A DNA stretch of 64,000 bases from an uncultured delta proteobacterium (GTDB taxonomy: Bacteria > Desulfobacterota > Desulfobacteria > Desulfobacterales > Desulfatirhabdiaceae), in the NCBI GenBank assembly GCA_963789395.1, contig CAWBKP010000021.1, forward strand, positions 64,001-128,000, read 5' to 3'. Shown one piece after another: positions 29,831 through 39,031 of the stretch; position 1 is the stretch's first letter; the number at the start of each line of letters is the position of its first letter. The translations under genes were made by a program, and so were the position numbers. The notes under the pieces were generated by a model. That model saw nothing but the letters and a program-made list of their open reading frames with translations. It ran no database searches and was not told where the DNA came from.

Positions 29831-30946
29831 TTGATAAAGAAGTCTGTTCTGATGGCGGTATTTGTTTCTGTGATGCGACTTTTTCTGGCAGTTCAAAGCG
29901 TTGCAGCCGATGAAATAAAAGTTGGGATAATGGTTCCGATCTCAGGTTCTGAAGCGGCTTACGGAAAGGACCTTGAAAATGCCATCCTTCTTGCTGTTTC
30001 TGAAATCAATGCCAGAGGCGGAATCCTGGAGAAAACCGTTGTGACCATAACCAGCGACGATGCCTGTGACCTGCGGCAGGCCACTTCAGCCGCCAGCAAT
30101 CTGGTTACTGAAGATGTTGTGGCGGTTGTCGGCGGGTATTGCTCTCCTGCGACTGCGCCCACATTGAAGATATTTGACGATGCCGGTATTCCCATTGTCA
30201 TTCCGGTGGCTGATTCCATCAAATTGGTTGGTGTAAACCCTGGAAACGGATTTCAGATAAACAGCACGGGAATTGATCAGGCGATTACCGCGGTTAATTT
30301 TTTCAAGGAAAAAAAAGTCAGGAAACTGGCAATTATTCATCAAACAGACAACTATTCAAAGGAGTTGGCTGTTTTGACCGAAAAGAAATGGAAGGCAATG
30401 GGGCATGAAGTGGTTGCCGTTGAAGTGGTCAACAAAGGGGAGAAGGATTACGCTGGGAAATTGACGCGGTTGAAAAACAAAGGCCCTGATGCTGTTTTCT
30501 GGACGGCCTATTACGACGATGGCCCACTGGTCATTAAGCAGCTTCGACAAGTCGGATTTCGCAAACTGATTGCACTGGGCGATGGCTCCAATTCTCCCAA
30601 ACTAATCGAAACTGCCGGTGTCGCCGCTGAAGGCGTCTACTGTTTCTCAAAGCCATTGATTGAATATCTGCCCGCATCCAAAGCATTTGTTGATAGTTAC
30701 AAGAAAAAATTCAATCAGGAGCCCGGTCCTTACTCTGCACTGGCATATGACGGCATGAACTTATTAGCGGATGCCATTATCAGAGCCGGCACTGTGGATA
30801 AAGCAGCCATTGCAAAAGCCCTGAAGGAAACCAAGGAATTCAAGGGCATTGCCGGTCCCATTTCCTTTAAGCCTGATAATACCCTGGCCAGAAGCAATTT
30901 TGTTGTACTGATTGCCAAAGGAAACTCCTGGGCGCTTTATAAGTAA
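29831..30946 (+). CDS. Branched-chain amino acid ABC transporter substrate-binding protein (LivJ/LivK family)
   Basis: Signal peptide, IKVGIMVPISG, EINARGG, DDACD, VGGYCS, AYDG. Confidence 0.92.
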   Translation: MIKKSVLMAVFVSVMRLFLAVQSVAADEIKVGIMVPISGSEAAYGKDLENAILLAVSEINARGGILEKTVVTITSDDACDLRQATSAASNLVTEDVVAVVGGYCSPATAPTLKIFDDAGIPIVIPVADSIKLVGVNPGNGFQINSTGIDQAITAVNFFKEKKVRKLAIIHQTDNYSKELAVLTEKKWKAMGHEVVAVEVVNKGEKDYAGKLTRLKNKGPDAVFWTAYYDDGPLVIKQLRQVGFRKLIALGDGSNSPKLIETAGVAAEGVYCFSKPLIEYLPASKAFVDSYKKKFNQEPGPYSALAYDGMNLLADAIIRAGTVDKAAIAKALKETKEFKGIAGPISFKPDNTLARSNFVVLIAKGNSWALYK

Positions 30947-30967
30947 ATCGATTCATTTTCATAATCG

Positions 30968-31016
30968 GCATACGGCATGTTCCTGTCAAAAATAGTGATG
31001 CCGTGTGCTTTTTTTT
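30968..31016 (+). terminator. Intrinsic terminator or stabilising hairpin after the LivK gene
   Basis: GCATACGGCAT...ATGCCGTGTGC stem followed by T8. Confidence 0.6.
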
Positions 31017-31071
31017 GTTCAAGTGAAGGGGGGGTATTTGTTTCTAACCCGGATAGTGTCTTTCAGAAACC

Positions 31072-31182
31072 GTGCTGGAGATTGCCCATTGAGATCTTGT
31101 GCTGGAAGGCGGGCTGGTTATGGAGCGTTATGGACAAAGCCTTTGGAAAGACAAACGAATTGTAACGGGGTATCCGGGCAGT
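31072..31182 (+). pseudogene. Decayed 3' remnant of a LivF-type ABC ATPase gene
   Basis: Translates VLEIAH*DLVLEGGLVMERYGQSLWKDKRIVTGYPG, resembling the LivF C-terminus pattern (ALxxAxRxYVLExGxxxxxG...L...YLG), with an in-frame TGA. Confidence 0.6.
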
Positions 31183-31186
31183 TTAT

Positions 31187-32425
31187 ATGAGCTTGAAAAC
31201 AACAACGGATGTCGTGGTCATCGGCGGGGGTGTTATTGGCACGGCAGTTGCATATTTTCTGGCAAAGCATCGGTTGGATGTCACTTTGATTGAACGAGGG
31301 GGGATTGCCTGCGGAACATCCGGTCGCTGTGAAGGCAATGTTCTGGTTCAGGACAAGCTGCCGGGCTTTGACTGTCAGCTTGCAAGGCTTAGCCAGGAAC
31401 TCTTTCCGGTGATTGCCGGAGAAATCGACACTGACATTGAATGGACCCGTAAGGGAAGCCTGCTGGTGATTGAAAGCGCAGAAGAACTGGATGCAGCGGC
31501 AGTCTTTTGCCGGCAGATGGTCGCCGAAGGACTTCCGGTCCGCATGCTGGATGCGCAGGAAATCCACGAGAATGCGCCCAATCTGGCTGCAGATATTATC
31601 GGCGGGCTTGAATTCGCCTGCGATGGCGCGTTGAATCCGATGGCTCTTTCTCAGGGGCTTTCATTAAAGGCTCAGTGTATGGGGGCCGTGACGCGAACCG
31701 GAACCACTGTAACCGGTATCCGACTGGATGCCAAAGGCGGCATCTGCCGGGTTGACACGGATCAGGGCAACATCCTGACTCCGCGGGTTGTAAATGCAGC
31801 GGGGGTTTGGGCGCCAGTCATTGGAAAGATGGTTGACATGGATATTCCCGTTAAGCCCCGTAAAGGTCAACTTCTGGTGACTGAGCGCACCCATCGGGTT
31901 GCCAGTCGGGCAGTCATTGAATTCGGTTACCTGATGGCCAAATTCGGAAAAGGCGATTATCAGCGGCGTATCACACCGGAAATGCGTAAATACGGTATTG
32001 CGTTTGTCTTAGAACCCACCGGCGCCGGTAATTTTCTGGTTGGCAGCAGCCGGCAATTTGCCGATCTGGATACTGCAGTGGACGTTCGCGTGCTGAAAGC
32101 CATTGCCCAAAGAGCCATTCGGTTTTTTCCCGTGATCCGGCAAATTCAGATCATTCGCAGCTATGCCGGTCTGCGGCCTTATACGCCGGATCATTTTCCA
32201 ATTGTTTCCGATACTCGGGTTCCGGGTTTTTATGTGGCTGCAGGCCATGAAGGGGATGGCATCGGTCTTTGTCTGATTACGGGTAAACTGATGGCGCAGA
32301 TCCTTACCGGTGAGCCCACGGATATTTCCATTGAGCCCCTCAGGCTGAATCGTTTTGAGGGAGAAAACCTGAACCATGCGAATACTGAAATCCAAAATTC
32401 AAAACAAATTCAAATATCAGAATGA
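31187..32425 (+). CDS. FAD-dependent oxidoreductase, DAO/glycine oxidase/sarcosine oxidase beta family
   Basis: DVVVIGGGVIG, GTSGRCEG, VVNAAGVW, AGLRPYTPD, GHEGDGI. Confidence 0.9.
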   Translation: MSLKTTTDVVVIGGGVIGTAVAYFLAKHRLDVTLIERGGIACGTSGRCEGNVLVQDKLPGFDCQLARLSQELFPVIAGEIDTDIEWTRKGSLLVIESAEELDAAAVFCRQMVAEGLPVRMLDAQEIHENAPNLAADIIGGLEFACDGALNPMALSQGLSLKAQCMGAVTRTGTTVTGIRLDAKGGICRVDTDQGNILTPRVVNAAGVWAPVIGKMVDMDIPVKPRKGQLLVTERTHRVASRAVIEFGYLMAKFGKGDYQRRITPEMRKYGIAFVLEPTGAGNFLVGSSRQFADLDTAVDVRVLKAIAQRAIRFFPVIRQIQIIRSYAGLRPYTPDHFPIVSDTRVPGFYVAAGHEGDGIGLCLITGKLMAQILTGEPTDISIEPLRLNRFEGENLNHANTEIQNSKQIQISE

Positions 32426-32523
32426 CAAAAATCAATCTGGAATGACATGCTTTTGATTATAGATTTTTTATTTTGGTTTAGAGAGTTGTTTCGGATTTCG
32501 TGCTTCGAAATTCGAATTTAATA
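32379..32523. repeat. Heptamer-periodic palindromic element (copy D, both arms)
   Basis: Reverse complement of 32489-32523 is 32/35 identical to 14823-14857; left arm CGAATAC TGAAATC CAAAATT CAAAACA AATTCAAAT overlaps the oxidoreductase 3' end. Confidence 0.85.
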
Positions 32524-32567
32524 ATAGATATTCATGGCCGAGCAGACCTTGAATGATTGGGGGGAAC

Positions 32568-33781
32568 ATGGCTGTATTCCAATGGACTGGAAAAGACAAG
32601 ACAGGCAAAATTCAGAAAGGGGAGATGGAGTCGGCAAGCCAGCAGGCGGTAAAGTCTCATTTGGCAAGGCTTCGTATAACCCCGACACGCGTCAAGGAAA
32701 AACCCAAGGATATTTTTGAAAACATAGCCTTTCTCCAGCCCAAGGTTATTCAAAAAGATATAATTTTATTTGCCAGGCAATTTTCCACAATGATTGATGC
32801 CGGACTGCCCATTGTGCAATGTCTGGATATCTTACTCAGTCAGCAGGAAAACAAGACGTTCAAAAAAATGCTGAAAGATATCAAGGAGTCGGTTGAAAGC
32901 GGTTCCACTCTGGCAGATGCACTGAAAAAATTTCCGAGGCAGTTTGACGAACTTTTCGTGAACATGATTGCCGCCGGAGAAGCAGGCGGTATTCTGGACA
33001 CAATTCTCAGACGGCTGTCCGGATACATGGAAAAGGCAGCCAAACTCAAAGCCCAGGTAAAAGGCGCCATGACCTATCCCATTGTCACCCTGGTCATTGC
33101 CTTTATCGTACTGGCCGTCATTCTGGTATTTGTTATTCCGGTGTTTCAGCAGATGTTCGCTGATTTCGGCAAGGAACTGCCCTTGCCCACCCAGATAGTC
33201 GTCGCCATTGAGTGAATTTGTCAAAAGCAAGATCCTGTATATTCTTGGCGGCCCTTGTCATCTTTATTTTTGCCTTCAAACGGTTTTACAATACGCCCAA
33301 AGGTCGAATTATTGTCGACAGGTTCGTGCTGACGCTGCCTGTTGTCGGTATGCTGATTCGAAAGGTCTCTGTGGCCAAATTCACCCGCACCATGGGCACC
33401 ATGCTTTCCAGCGGGGTTGCCATACTGGATGCCCTTGATATTACCGCAAAGACTTCCGGCAACAAGACCATTGAGGGCGCTCTTTACAATGTACGTACCG
33501 CAATTGCCGAGGGACAGACCATGGCCGAACCGCTGTCTGAAAGCGGGGTTTTCCCCGCAATGGTCTGCCAGATGATTTCAGTGGGCGAATCCACGGGCGC
33601 TCTGGATGCCATGCTCGGTAAAATTGCAGATTTTTATGATGAGGAAGTGGATCAGGCGGTTGAAAATCTCACATCCCTGATAGAACCCTTTATGCTGGTA
33701 TTTTTGGGCGTCACCATCGGGGGGCTGGTTATTGCCATGTACCTGCCGATCTTCAAGCTGGCCGGGGCGATTTCCGGCTGA
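32568..33781 (+). CDS. pilC: Type IV pilus platform protein PilC (T2SS F family); two frameshifts at about 33208 and 33248
   Basis: FARQFSTMIDAGLP, AGEAGGILD, AMTYP, FTRTMGTMLSSGV, GESTGALD, IEP, AMYLPIF spread over three frames. Confidence 0.9.
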
Positions 33782-33809
33782 TTCAGTCAAAAGATAGCCC
33801 GCAATTCAA

Positions 33810-35095
33810 ATGGAAACAACTGTCCGGACTGACAATGACTTTCTGAAAAAAATTAAATGGTTGATGTTTTTCAGAGTGCTTTTTACCGTCTTCCTTCTGG
33901 GATCGACGATCATCGTTCAGTACGGGCAGCAGCTCAGTTTTGCGAGCCCTCAACTGGTATTCTTTATGGCATTAATGCCGTCGTATTGATTCTATCGATC
34001 GGATATGCCATCATTTTTAAATTTGACATTATTATATCCTGCTTTTGCCTTCCTCCAGATCATTCTGGATACGGTCATCGTTTCCATGATCGTATTTGCA
34101 ACAGGCTGTTATTCAAGTATATTTTCATTTTTGTACCTTCTGGTCATCGTTTATTCAAGTATGCTTCTTTCCCGAAAAAGCTGCATGTTTATCGCTGCGT
34201 TGTCGAGCATCCAGTATGGCATCATGGTTGAACTCGAGCTTTACGGCATTCTAAAACCATTTGTGCCGTCCCGGTCACTGCTGCATTCAGACGATCTGAC
34301 GCTGGTAACCTATAAGATCGTCATTACCATGATAGCCTGTTTTGCGGTGGCCTGGTTAAGCTCTATTCTGGCCGATCAGGCAAGATCGTCCCGGAAAGAA
34401 CTGCTGGCCATGGAAGCACATGTCCGTCGCGTTGAACGGTTGGCCTATATGGGTGAAATGGCTGCCGGACTTGCCCATGAAATCAGAAATCCCCTGGCAT
34501 CCCTGACCGGTTCCATTCAGATACTGAAAGAAGAACTCCAGTTTGCACCGGCCAGGAAAAACTGATGCGGATTGTCTTGAGAGAGGCGGACCGGTTAAGC
34601 TCGATAGTGAGTGATTTTTTGTTGTTCGCCAGACCGCAGTCCGGTAATATTACAGAAATTCTCGTGGAAGAGGTTCTGGTGGAAACGCTGGCTCTCTTTA
34701 AAAACGATGCGAACTGCTGCCGGCGGATATCCATGACAACGGATTTGATTCCGGATGTTCGGATCGCTATGGATCCGATTCATTTCCGCCAGATTCTCTG
34801 GAATCTTTTGTTAAATGCCGCCGAAGCCATCCGGGAACAGGGGACTATCCATGTCCATATGCAAAACGAGCAAAACAGGTATGTGGAGGTTCACATCTCG
34901 GATACGGGACATGGCATATCTCCTGAACACATCCAGATGATGTTTAATCCTTTTTTTACGACAAAAGCCAGCGGTACAGGGCTGGGGCTTGCCATTGTCC
35001 ATCGTCTTTTGGAAACATATGGCGGGCGCCTGGATGTGGAAAGCGCGATTGGCCAGGGTACAGAGGTGATCCTGAAACTGAAAAAAAGTCAATGA
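33810..35095 (+). CDS. pilS: PilS-like sensor histidine kinase; three frameshifts (about 33960, 34020, 34555)
   Basis: N-terminus METTVRTDNDFLKKIKWLMFFRVLF, multi-TM region, H-box AHEIRNPL, N/G boxes (NLLLNAAEA, DTGHGI, PFFTTK, GTGLGL); directly after pilC. Confidence 0.8.
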
Positions 35096-35107
35096 AATGG
35101 GCAGAGA

Positions 35108-35169
35108 TATCAGATGACAGGAAACCGCAAGGGGCAGCGCATTAATCATCTATCCCCTGACATCTGATA
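35108..35169. repeat. Inverted repeat of the CAGATGA class
   Basis: TATCAGATGACAGG / CCTGACATCTGATA, 13/14 complementary, between pilS and the ABC exporter operon. Confidence 0.6.
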
Positions 35170-35188
35170 GGATTTCCAGGAGGGGGTT

Positions 35189-36355
35189 GTGAAAAAACAG
35201 GTCATATTGATAGGGGTTCTGTTGCTTTTGGTGGGTGTCGGCGCATTGGTTTTCTGGGGCCAGCACCAGCAACGCAGTGCGGATCTCTATTATTCCGGGA
35301 CACTGGAAGCCATCCGGTCCAATCTGTCTTTTCAGGTATCGGGAAAGGTTAAAACGGTGAATCTGAACGAGGGCCAGTATGTGAAAACTGGTCAGTGTAT
35401 CGCTGAGCTGGAACAGGAAGAATTTTTGGCGCGCCTGGATCAGGCCCGGGCCAACCTGAATCAAGCTATCGAAAACCGCAAACAGCTTGAAGTCAGCCTG
35501 GAAATAAACCAGGAAACGCTTCCCGCGGATGTCAGCCGGGCGGAATCCGCGGTTCAGGCTGCTGCAGCGCAGCTTGCCGAACAGCAGGCGGGAAACCGGA
35601 CCCAGGATATCGAGCGGGCCAGATTGTCGCTTCAGGAGGCTGAGATTGCCATGGATGATGCCCGCAAGGATAAACGCCGGTTTGACGATCTTTTCCAAAG
35701 CGGATTTATAGCCGAAAAAGAACGGGATGGAGCCGATCTTAAATATGAAACCGCTGTAAAAGTCAGACAACGTGCTGCGGAAGTCTTTGCTCTGGCGAAA
35801 GAAGGCTTCCGGAAGGAATCCGTTGACGTTGCCCGGGCAAGACTATCAGAAGCGCAGGCCGCGCTGCTGCTGTCAAAGGGAAATCTCAAAAAAATTGAGG
35901 CAGTTCAGGCCGATATTCAGGCTGCCGTCGCCAGGATTCAATCAGCGGAATCCGCGGTGAATCTGGCGGAAATTCAGCTTGGCTATACCCGCCTTCTTGC
36001 CCCTTTTGACGCCATCCTGACCAGCCGGAACGTCGAACCGGGCGAAGTGGTGACCCCGGGGCGAGAGGTTATTTCCCTTGCCGATCTTTCCCGGATTGAC
36101 CTGAAGGTGTTTGTGGATGAAACGCAGATCGGTAAAATCCGGCCCGGACAGCAGGTAGAGGTGAAGATCGACACGTTCCCTGACAAAAAATATGATGGAT
36201 ATGTATCCTATATCTCGCCTGAAGGCGAATTTACGCCTAAAATCATTCAGACCCGAAAAGAGCGGGTGAAACTGGTGTATCTGGTAAAGATAGCGCTGGC
36301 CAATCCCAATCTCGAATTGAAATCCGGAATGCCTGCCGATGCCTGGTTTCGATAA
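35189..36355 (+). CDS. HlyD-family periplasmic adaptor (YbhG-like)
   Basis: N-terminal TM, long coiled coil, EFTPKIIQT, LKSGMPAD; RBS GGAGG. Confidence 0.9.
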   Translation: MKKQVILIGVLLLLVGVGALVFWGQHQQRSADLYYSGTLEAIRSNLSFQVSGKVKTVNLNEGQYVKTGQCIAELEQEEFLARLDQARANLNQAIENRKQLEVSLEINQETLPADVSRAESAVQAAAAQLAEQQAGNRTQDIERARLSLQEAEIAMDDARKDKRRFDDLFQSGFIAEKERDGADLKYETAVKVRQRAAEVFALAKEGFRKESVDVARARLSEAQAALLLSKGNLKKIEAVQADIQAAVARIQSAESAVNLAEIQLGYTRLLAPFDAILTSRNVEPGEVVTPGREVISLADLSRIDLKVFVDETQIGKIRPGQQVEVKIDTFPDKKYDGYVSYISPEGEFTPKIIQTRKERVKLVYLVKIALANPNLELKSGMPADAWFR

Positions 36356-37142
36356 GACAGGTCTACCGTTGCAGGGACCGGACACAGCCGATTCTCCGAT
36401 CCTTCGGGTGGATGGGGTGTCCCGGTATTATGGAAAAGTCGAGGCGGTGTCCCGGGTGTCGTTTTCAGTTCAGGCGGGTGCCATTTTCGGGTTTGTGGGA
36501 TCGGACGGGGCCGGAAAGACCACGCTGCTTCGGATGATTGCCGCCATGATCCGGCCTTCAGCCGGCCATATTCAGATCAACGGGCTGGATGTGGTTCAGG
36601 ACAGGGCGCGGGTGAAGGAACTGATTGGTTATATGCCCCAGCGCTTCGGACTCTACTCGGATCTGACGGTTGCGGAAAACATGGATTTTTTCATGGATAT
36701 TTTCGGGATTTTCGGATCTGAAAGAAAAAAACGAAAAGACCAGTACCTGGGGTTTTCCAACCTGACGCCGTTTCAGGATCGGCTGGCGCGGGATCTTTCC
36801 GGCGGGATGAAACAAAAACTCGGGCTTGCCTGCGTGCTGGTGCATCAGCCAAGCATGCTGATTCTGGATGAGCCGACCAATGGCGTGGATCCGGTTTCCA
36901 GAAAGGAGTTCTGGGAAATTCTCAGTGCCATGCGAAACGAGGGGATGACCATCCTGGTGTCAACAGCTTATCTGGATGAAGGGGAAAAATGCGACCAGAT
37001 TATCCTGATGCACAATGCCCATGTTTTGGATCAGGCGGCGCCTGCCGCGTTTCGTGCGGATTTTTCCAGCCTGGAGCAGGCCATGATTCATCGTATCGAG
37101 GCTGCGGACAAGATTCTCTCAGGGGAGCATTTTGACATCTGA
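36339..37142 (+). CDS. ABC transporter ATP-binding protein (YbhF-like)
   Basis: GSDGAGKTT, YMPQRFGLY, LSGGMKQK, LDEPT. Confidence 0.92.
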   Translation: MPGFDKTGLPLQGPDTADSPILRVDGVSRYYGKVEAVSRVSFSVQAGAIFGFVGSDGAGKTTLLRMIAAMIRPSAGHIQINGLDVVQDRARVKELIGYMPQRFGLYSDLTVAENMDFFMDIFGIFGSERKKRKDQYLGFSNLTPFQDRLARDLSGGMKQKLGLACVLVHQPSMLILDEPTNGVDPVSRKEFWEILSAMRNEGMTILVSTAYLDEGEKCDQIILMHNAHVLDQAAPAAFRADFSSLEQAMIHRIEAADKILSGEHFDI

Positions 37143-37878
37143 AGTTGTTTCCGTTCAGAATCTTGTCAAGCGCTTCGGCCGCTTTGTCGCCGTTGACCGG
37201 ATTTCCTTTTCGGTCCAGCAAGGCGAGATTTTCGGTTTTCTGGGGCCAAACGGCGCCGGAAAATCCACCACCATTCGCATGCTTTGCGGCATTATCATGC
37301 CAACCTCGGGCGCGGGAAATGTGGCGGGTCTGGACATTTTTACCCAGTCCGAGGAAATCAAACACAACATCGGTTACATGTCTCAGAAATTTTCCCTGTA
37401 TGAGGACATGACCCCGTTTGAAAATATCCGGTTTTATCTCGGGATTTACAGCGTCCCTCCGGAAAGATGGAAGGAGCGGACCGACTGGGTTCTGGAGATG
37501 ACCCGGCTTGAAAACGCCAAAAACCGCCTGACCCGTGAACTGCCGCCGGGATGGCGCCAGCGTCTGGCTCTTGGCTGCGCCCTGCTCCATGAGCCCCGAA
37601 TACTCTTTCTGGATGAGCCGACATCCGGAGTGGACCCCATTACCCGAAGGCATTTCTGGGCGTTTATCCGGCATCTGACCACAACCGGCGTTACCGTGTT
37701 TGTGACCACCCATTACATGGATGAAGCCCAGCACTGCGATCGGGTGGTCATGATCAACGAAGGTAAGATCGTGGTGTCCGGCCCGCCTGCCCGGATTGTC
37801 CAGGAACTGTTCCCGGAAAGAACGGATGCCGACCTGAACGATGTCTTTATCCACCTGATGACCCGGAGCCGATCATGA
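37132..37878 (+). CDS. ABC transporter ATP-binding protein (YbhF-like, second)
   Basis: GPNGAGKST, YMSQKFSLY, LDEPTSGVDP, TTHYMDEA. Confidence 0.92.
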   Translation: MTSEVVSVQNLVKRFGRFVAVDRISFSVQQGEIFGFLGPNGAGKSTTIRMLCGIIMPTSGAGNVAGLDIFTQSEEIKHNIGYMSQKFSLYEDMTPFENIRFYLGIYSVPPERWKERTDWVLEMTRLENAKNRLTRELPPGWRQRLALGCALLHEPRILFLDEPTSGVDPITRRHFWAFIRHLTTTGVTVFVTTHYMDEAQHCDRVVMINEGKIVVSGPPARIVQELFPERTDADLNDVFIHLMTRSRS

Positions 37879-39008
37879 ATCTGATTAAAATTCAGGCCAT
37901 CAGCCGAAAGGAATATTATCATCTGATCCGGGATTTTCGAAGCCTGTATCTGGCATTTATCATTCCGCTGCTGCTGATTTTTCTCTTCGGCTATGCGCTC
38001 AGCCTGGATGTGGACAATATCCAGGTTGTGGTGGTGGATCATGATCGGACTGATCTGAGCCGGGACTTGATTCAAAAACTGGATGCCTCTTCTTATTTTC
38101 ATGTCATCGCCCAGGTACCGGAAGACCGGACAGCCAGCCGGTATCTGGATGACGGCAGGGCGTCCGTTGCGATTATCCTGCCGTCTGGCTGGACTGCGGA
38201 GATTCGGGCGGACAGGGAAAGTCCGGTACAGATTCTGATCGATGGCAGCGACCCGAATTTCGCCGGCATTACCCGAAGCTACCTGACGGCGTTCATCCTG
38301 CGATACAACCAGAATCAGCTCCTTGGTTTTTTAAACCGGCAGGGAAGGGATATGATCCATCCGCCGGTTGAGGGCCGCATCCGCGTATGGTTCAACGAGG
38401 ATCTGGAAAGCCGCAATTTCATTGTTCCCGGCATTATCGCCATCATTATCATGATTGTGGGCGCCATGCTCACCTCGCTGGTGGTTGCCAGGGAATACGA
38501 AAGCGGCACCATGGAAACCATCCGCTCCCTGCCGGTGCCTGCCGCCGAGTTTTTAATCGGAAAAGCCATTCCGTATTTCATCATCGGCCTGATCGATGTG
38601 CTGGTGTCGATATTCATGGGCCAGATCCTGTTCGGCGTGGTCATGAAATCGAGTTTCTGGCTCATGATACTGGCTTCATCCCTGTATCTTGGCGTGGCGC
38701 TCAGTCTGGGTCTTTTGATATCCAGTGTGACCAAGTCCCAGCTAGTCGCCAATCAGCTGGCGGTTTTAATCACCTATCTGCCGTCGCTGCTTCTGTCCAA
38801 TTTCGTTTTTCCCGTGGAGAACATGCCAAAAGTTCTTCAGCTGGTGACCCGGATCGTACCGGCAACTTATTTTATCGATATTTTAAATGGCCTGTACTTG
38901 CGGAATCTCGGGCTTTCGACGCTCTGGCCCAGCTATCTGATACTGACGGTCATGTTCTGTGTGCTTTCGGCTTTGAATTTGGCTGTCCTGAAAAAAGAGG
39001 GGCTTTAG
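37875..39008 (+). CDS. ABC-2 permease (YbhS-like)
   Basis: LFGYALSLDV, DGSDPN, WFNEDLES, AREYESGTME. Confidence 0.9.
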   Translation: MNLIKIQAISRKEYYHLIRDFRSLYLAFIIPLLLIFLFGYALSLDVDNIQVVVVDHDRTDLSRDLIQKLDASSYFHVIAQVPEDRTASRYLDDGRASVAIILPSGWTAEIRADRESPVQILIDGSDPNFAGITRSYLTAFILRYNQNQLLGFLNRQGRDMIHPPVEGRIRVWFNEDLESRNFIVPGIIAIIIMIVGAMLTSLVVAREYESGTMETIRSLPVPAAEFLIGKAIPYFIIGLIDVLVSIFMGQILFGVVMKSSFWLMILASSLYLGVALSLGLLISSVTKSQLVANQLAVLITYLPSLLLSNFVFPVENMPKVLQLVTRIVPATYFIDILNGLYLRNLGLSTLWPSYLILTVMFCVLSALNLAVLKKEGL

Positions 39009-39031
39009 ATGCGTGTGAAAGGCTTCAAGCC

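Noticed and set aside
14823..32523. Heptamer elements as a CRISPR array
   Set aside because: Copies are dispersed over kilobases without regular spacers, and no cas genes are present.
38387..39031. N-terminal 215 aa of the 588-aa ORF
   Set aside because: Overlaps the upstream permease in another frame; permease similarity starts only at GTG 39032.
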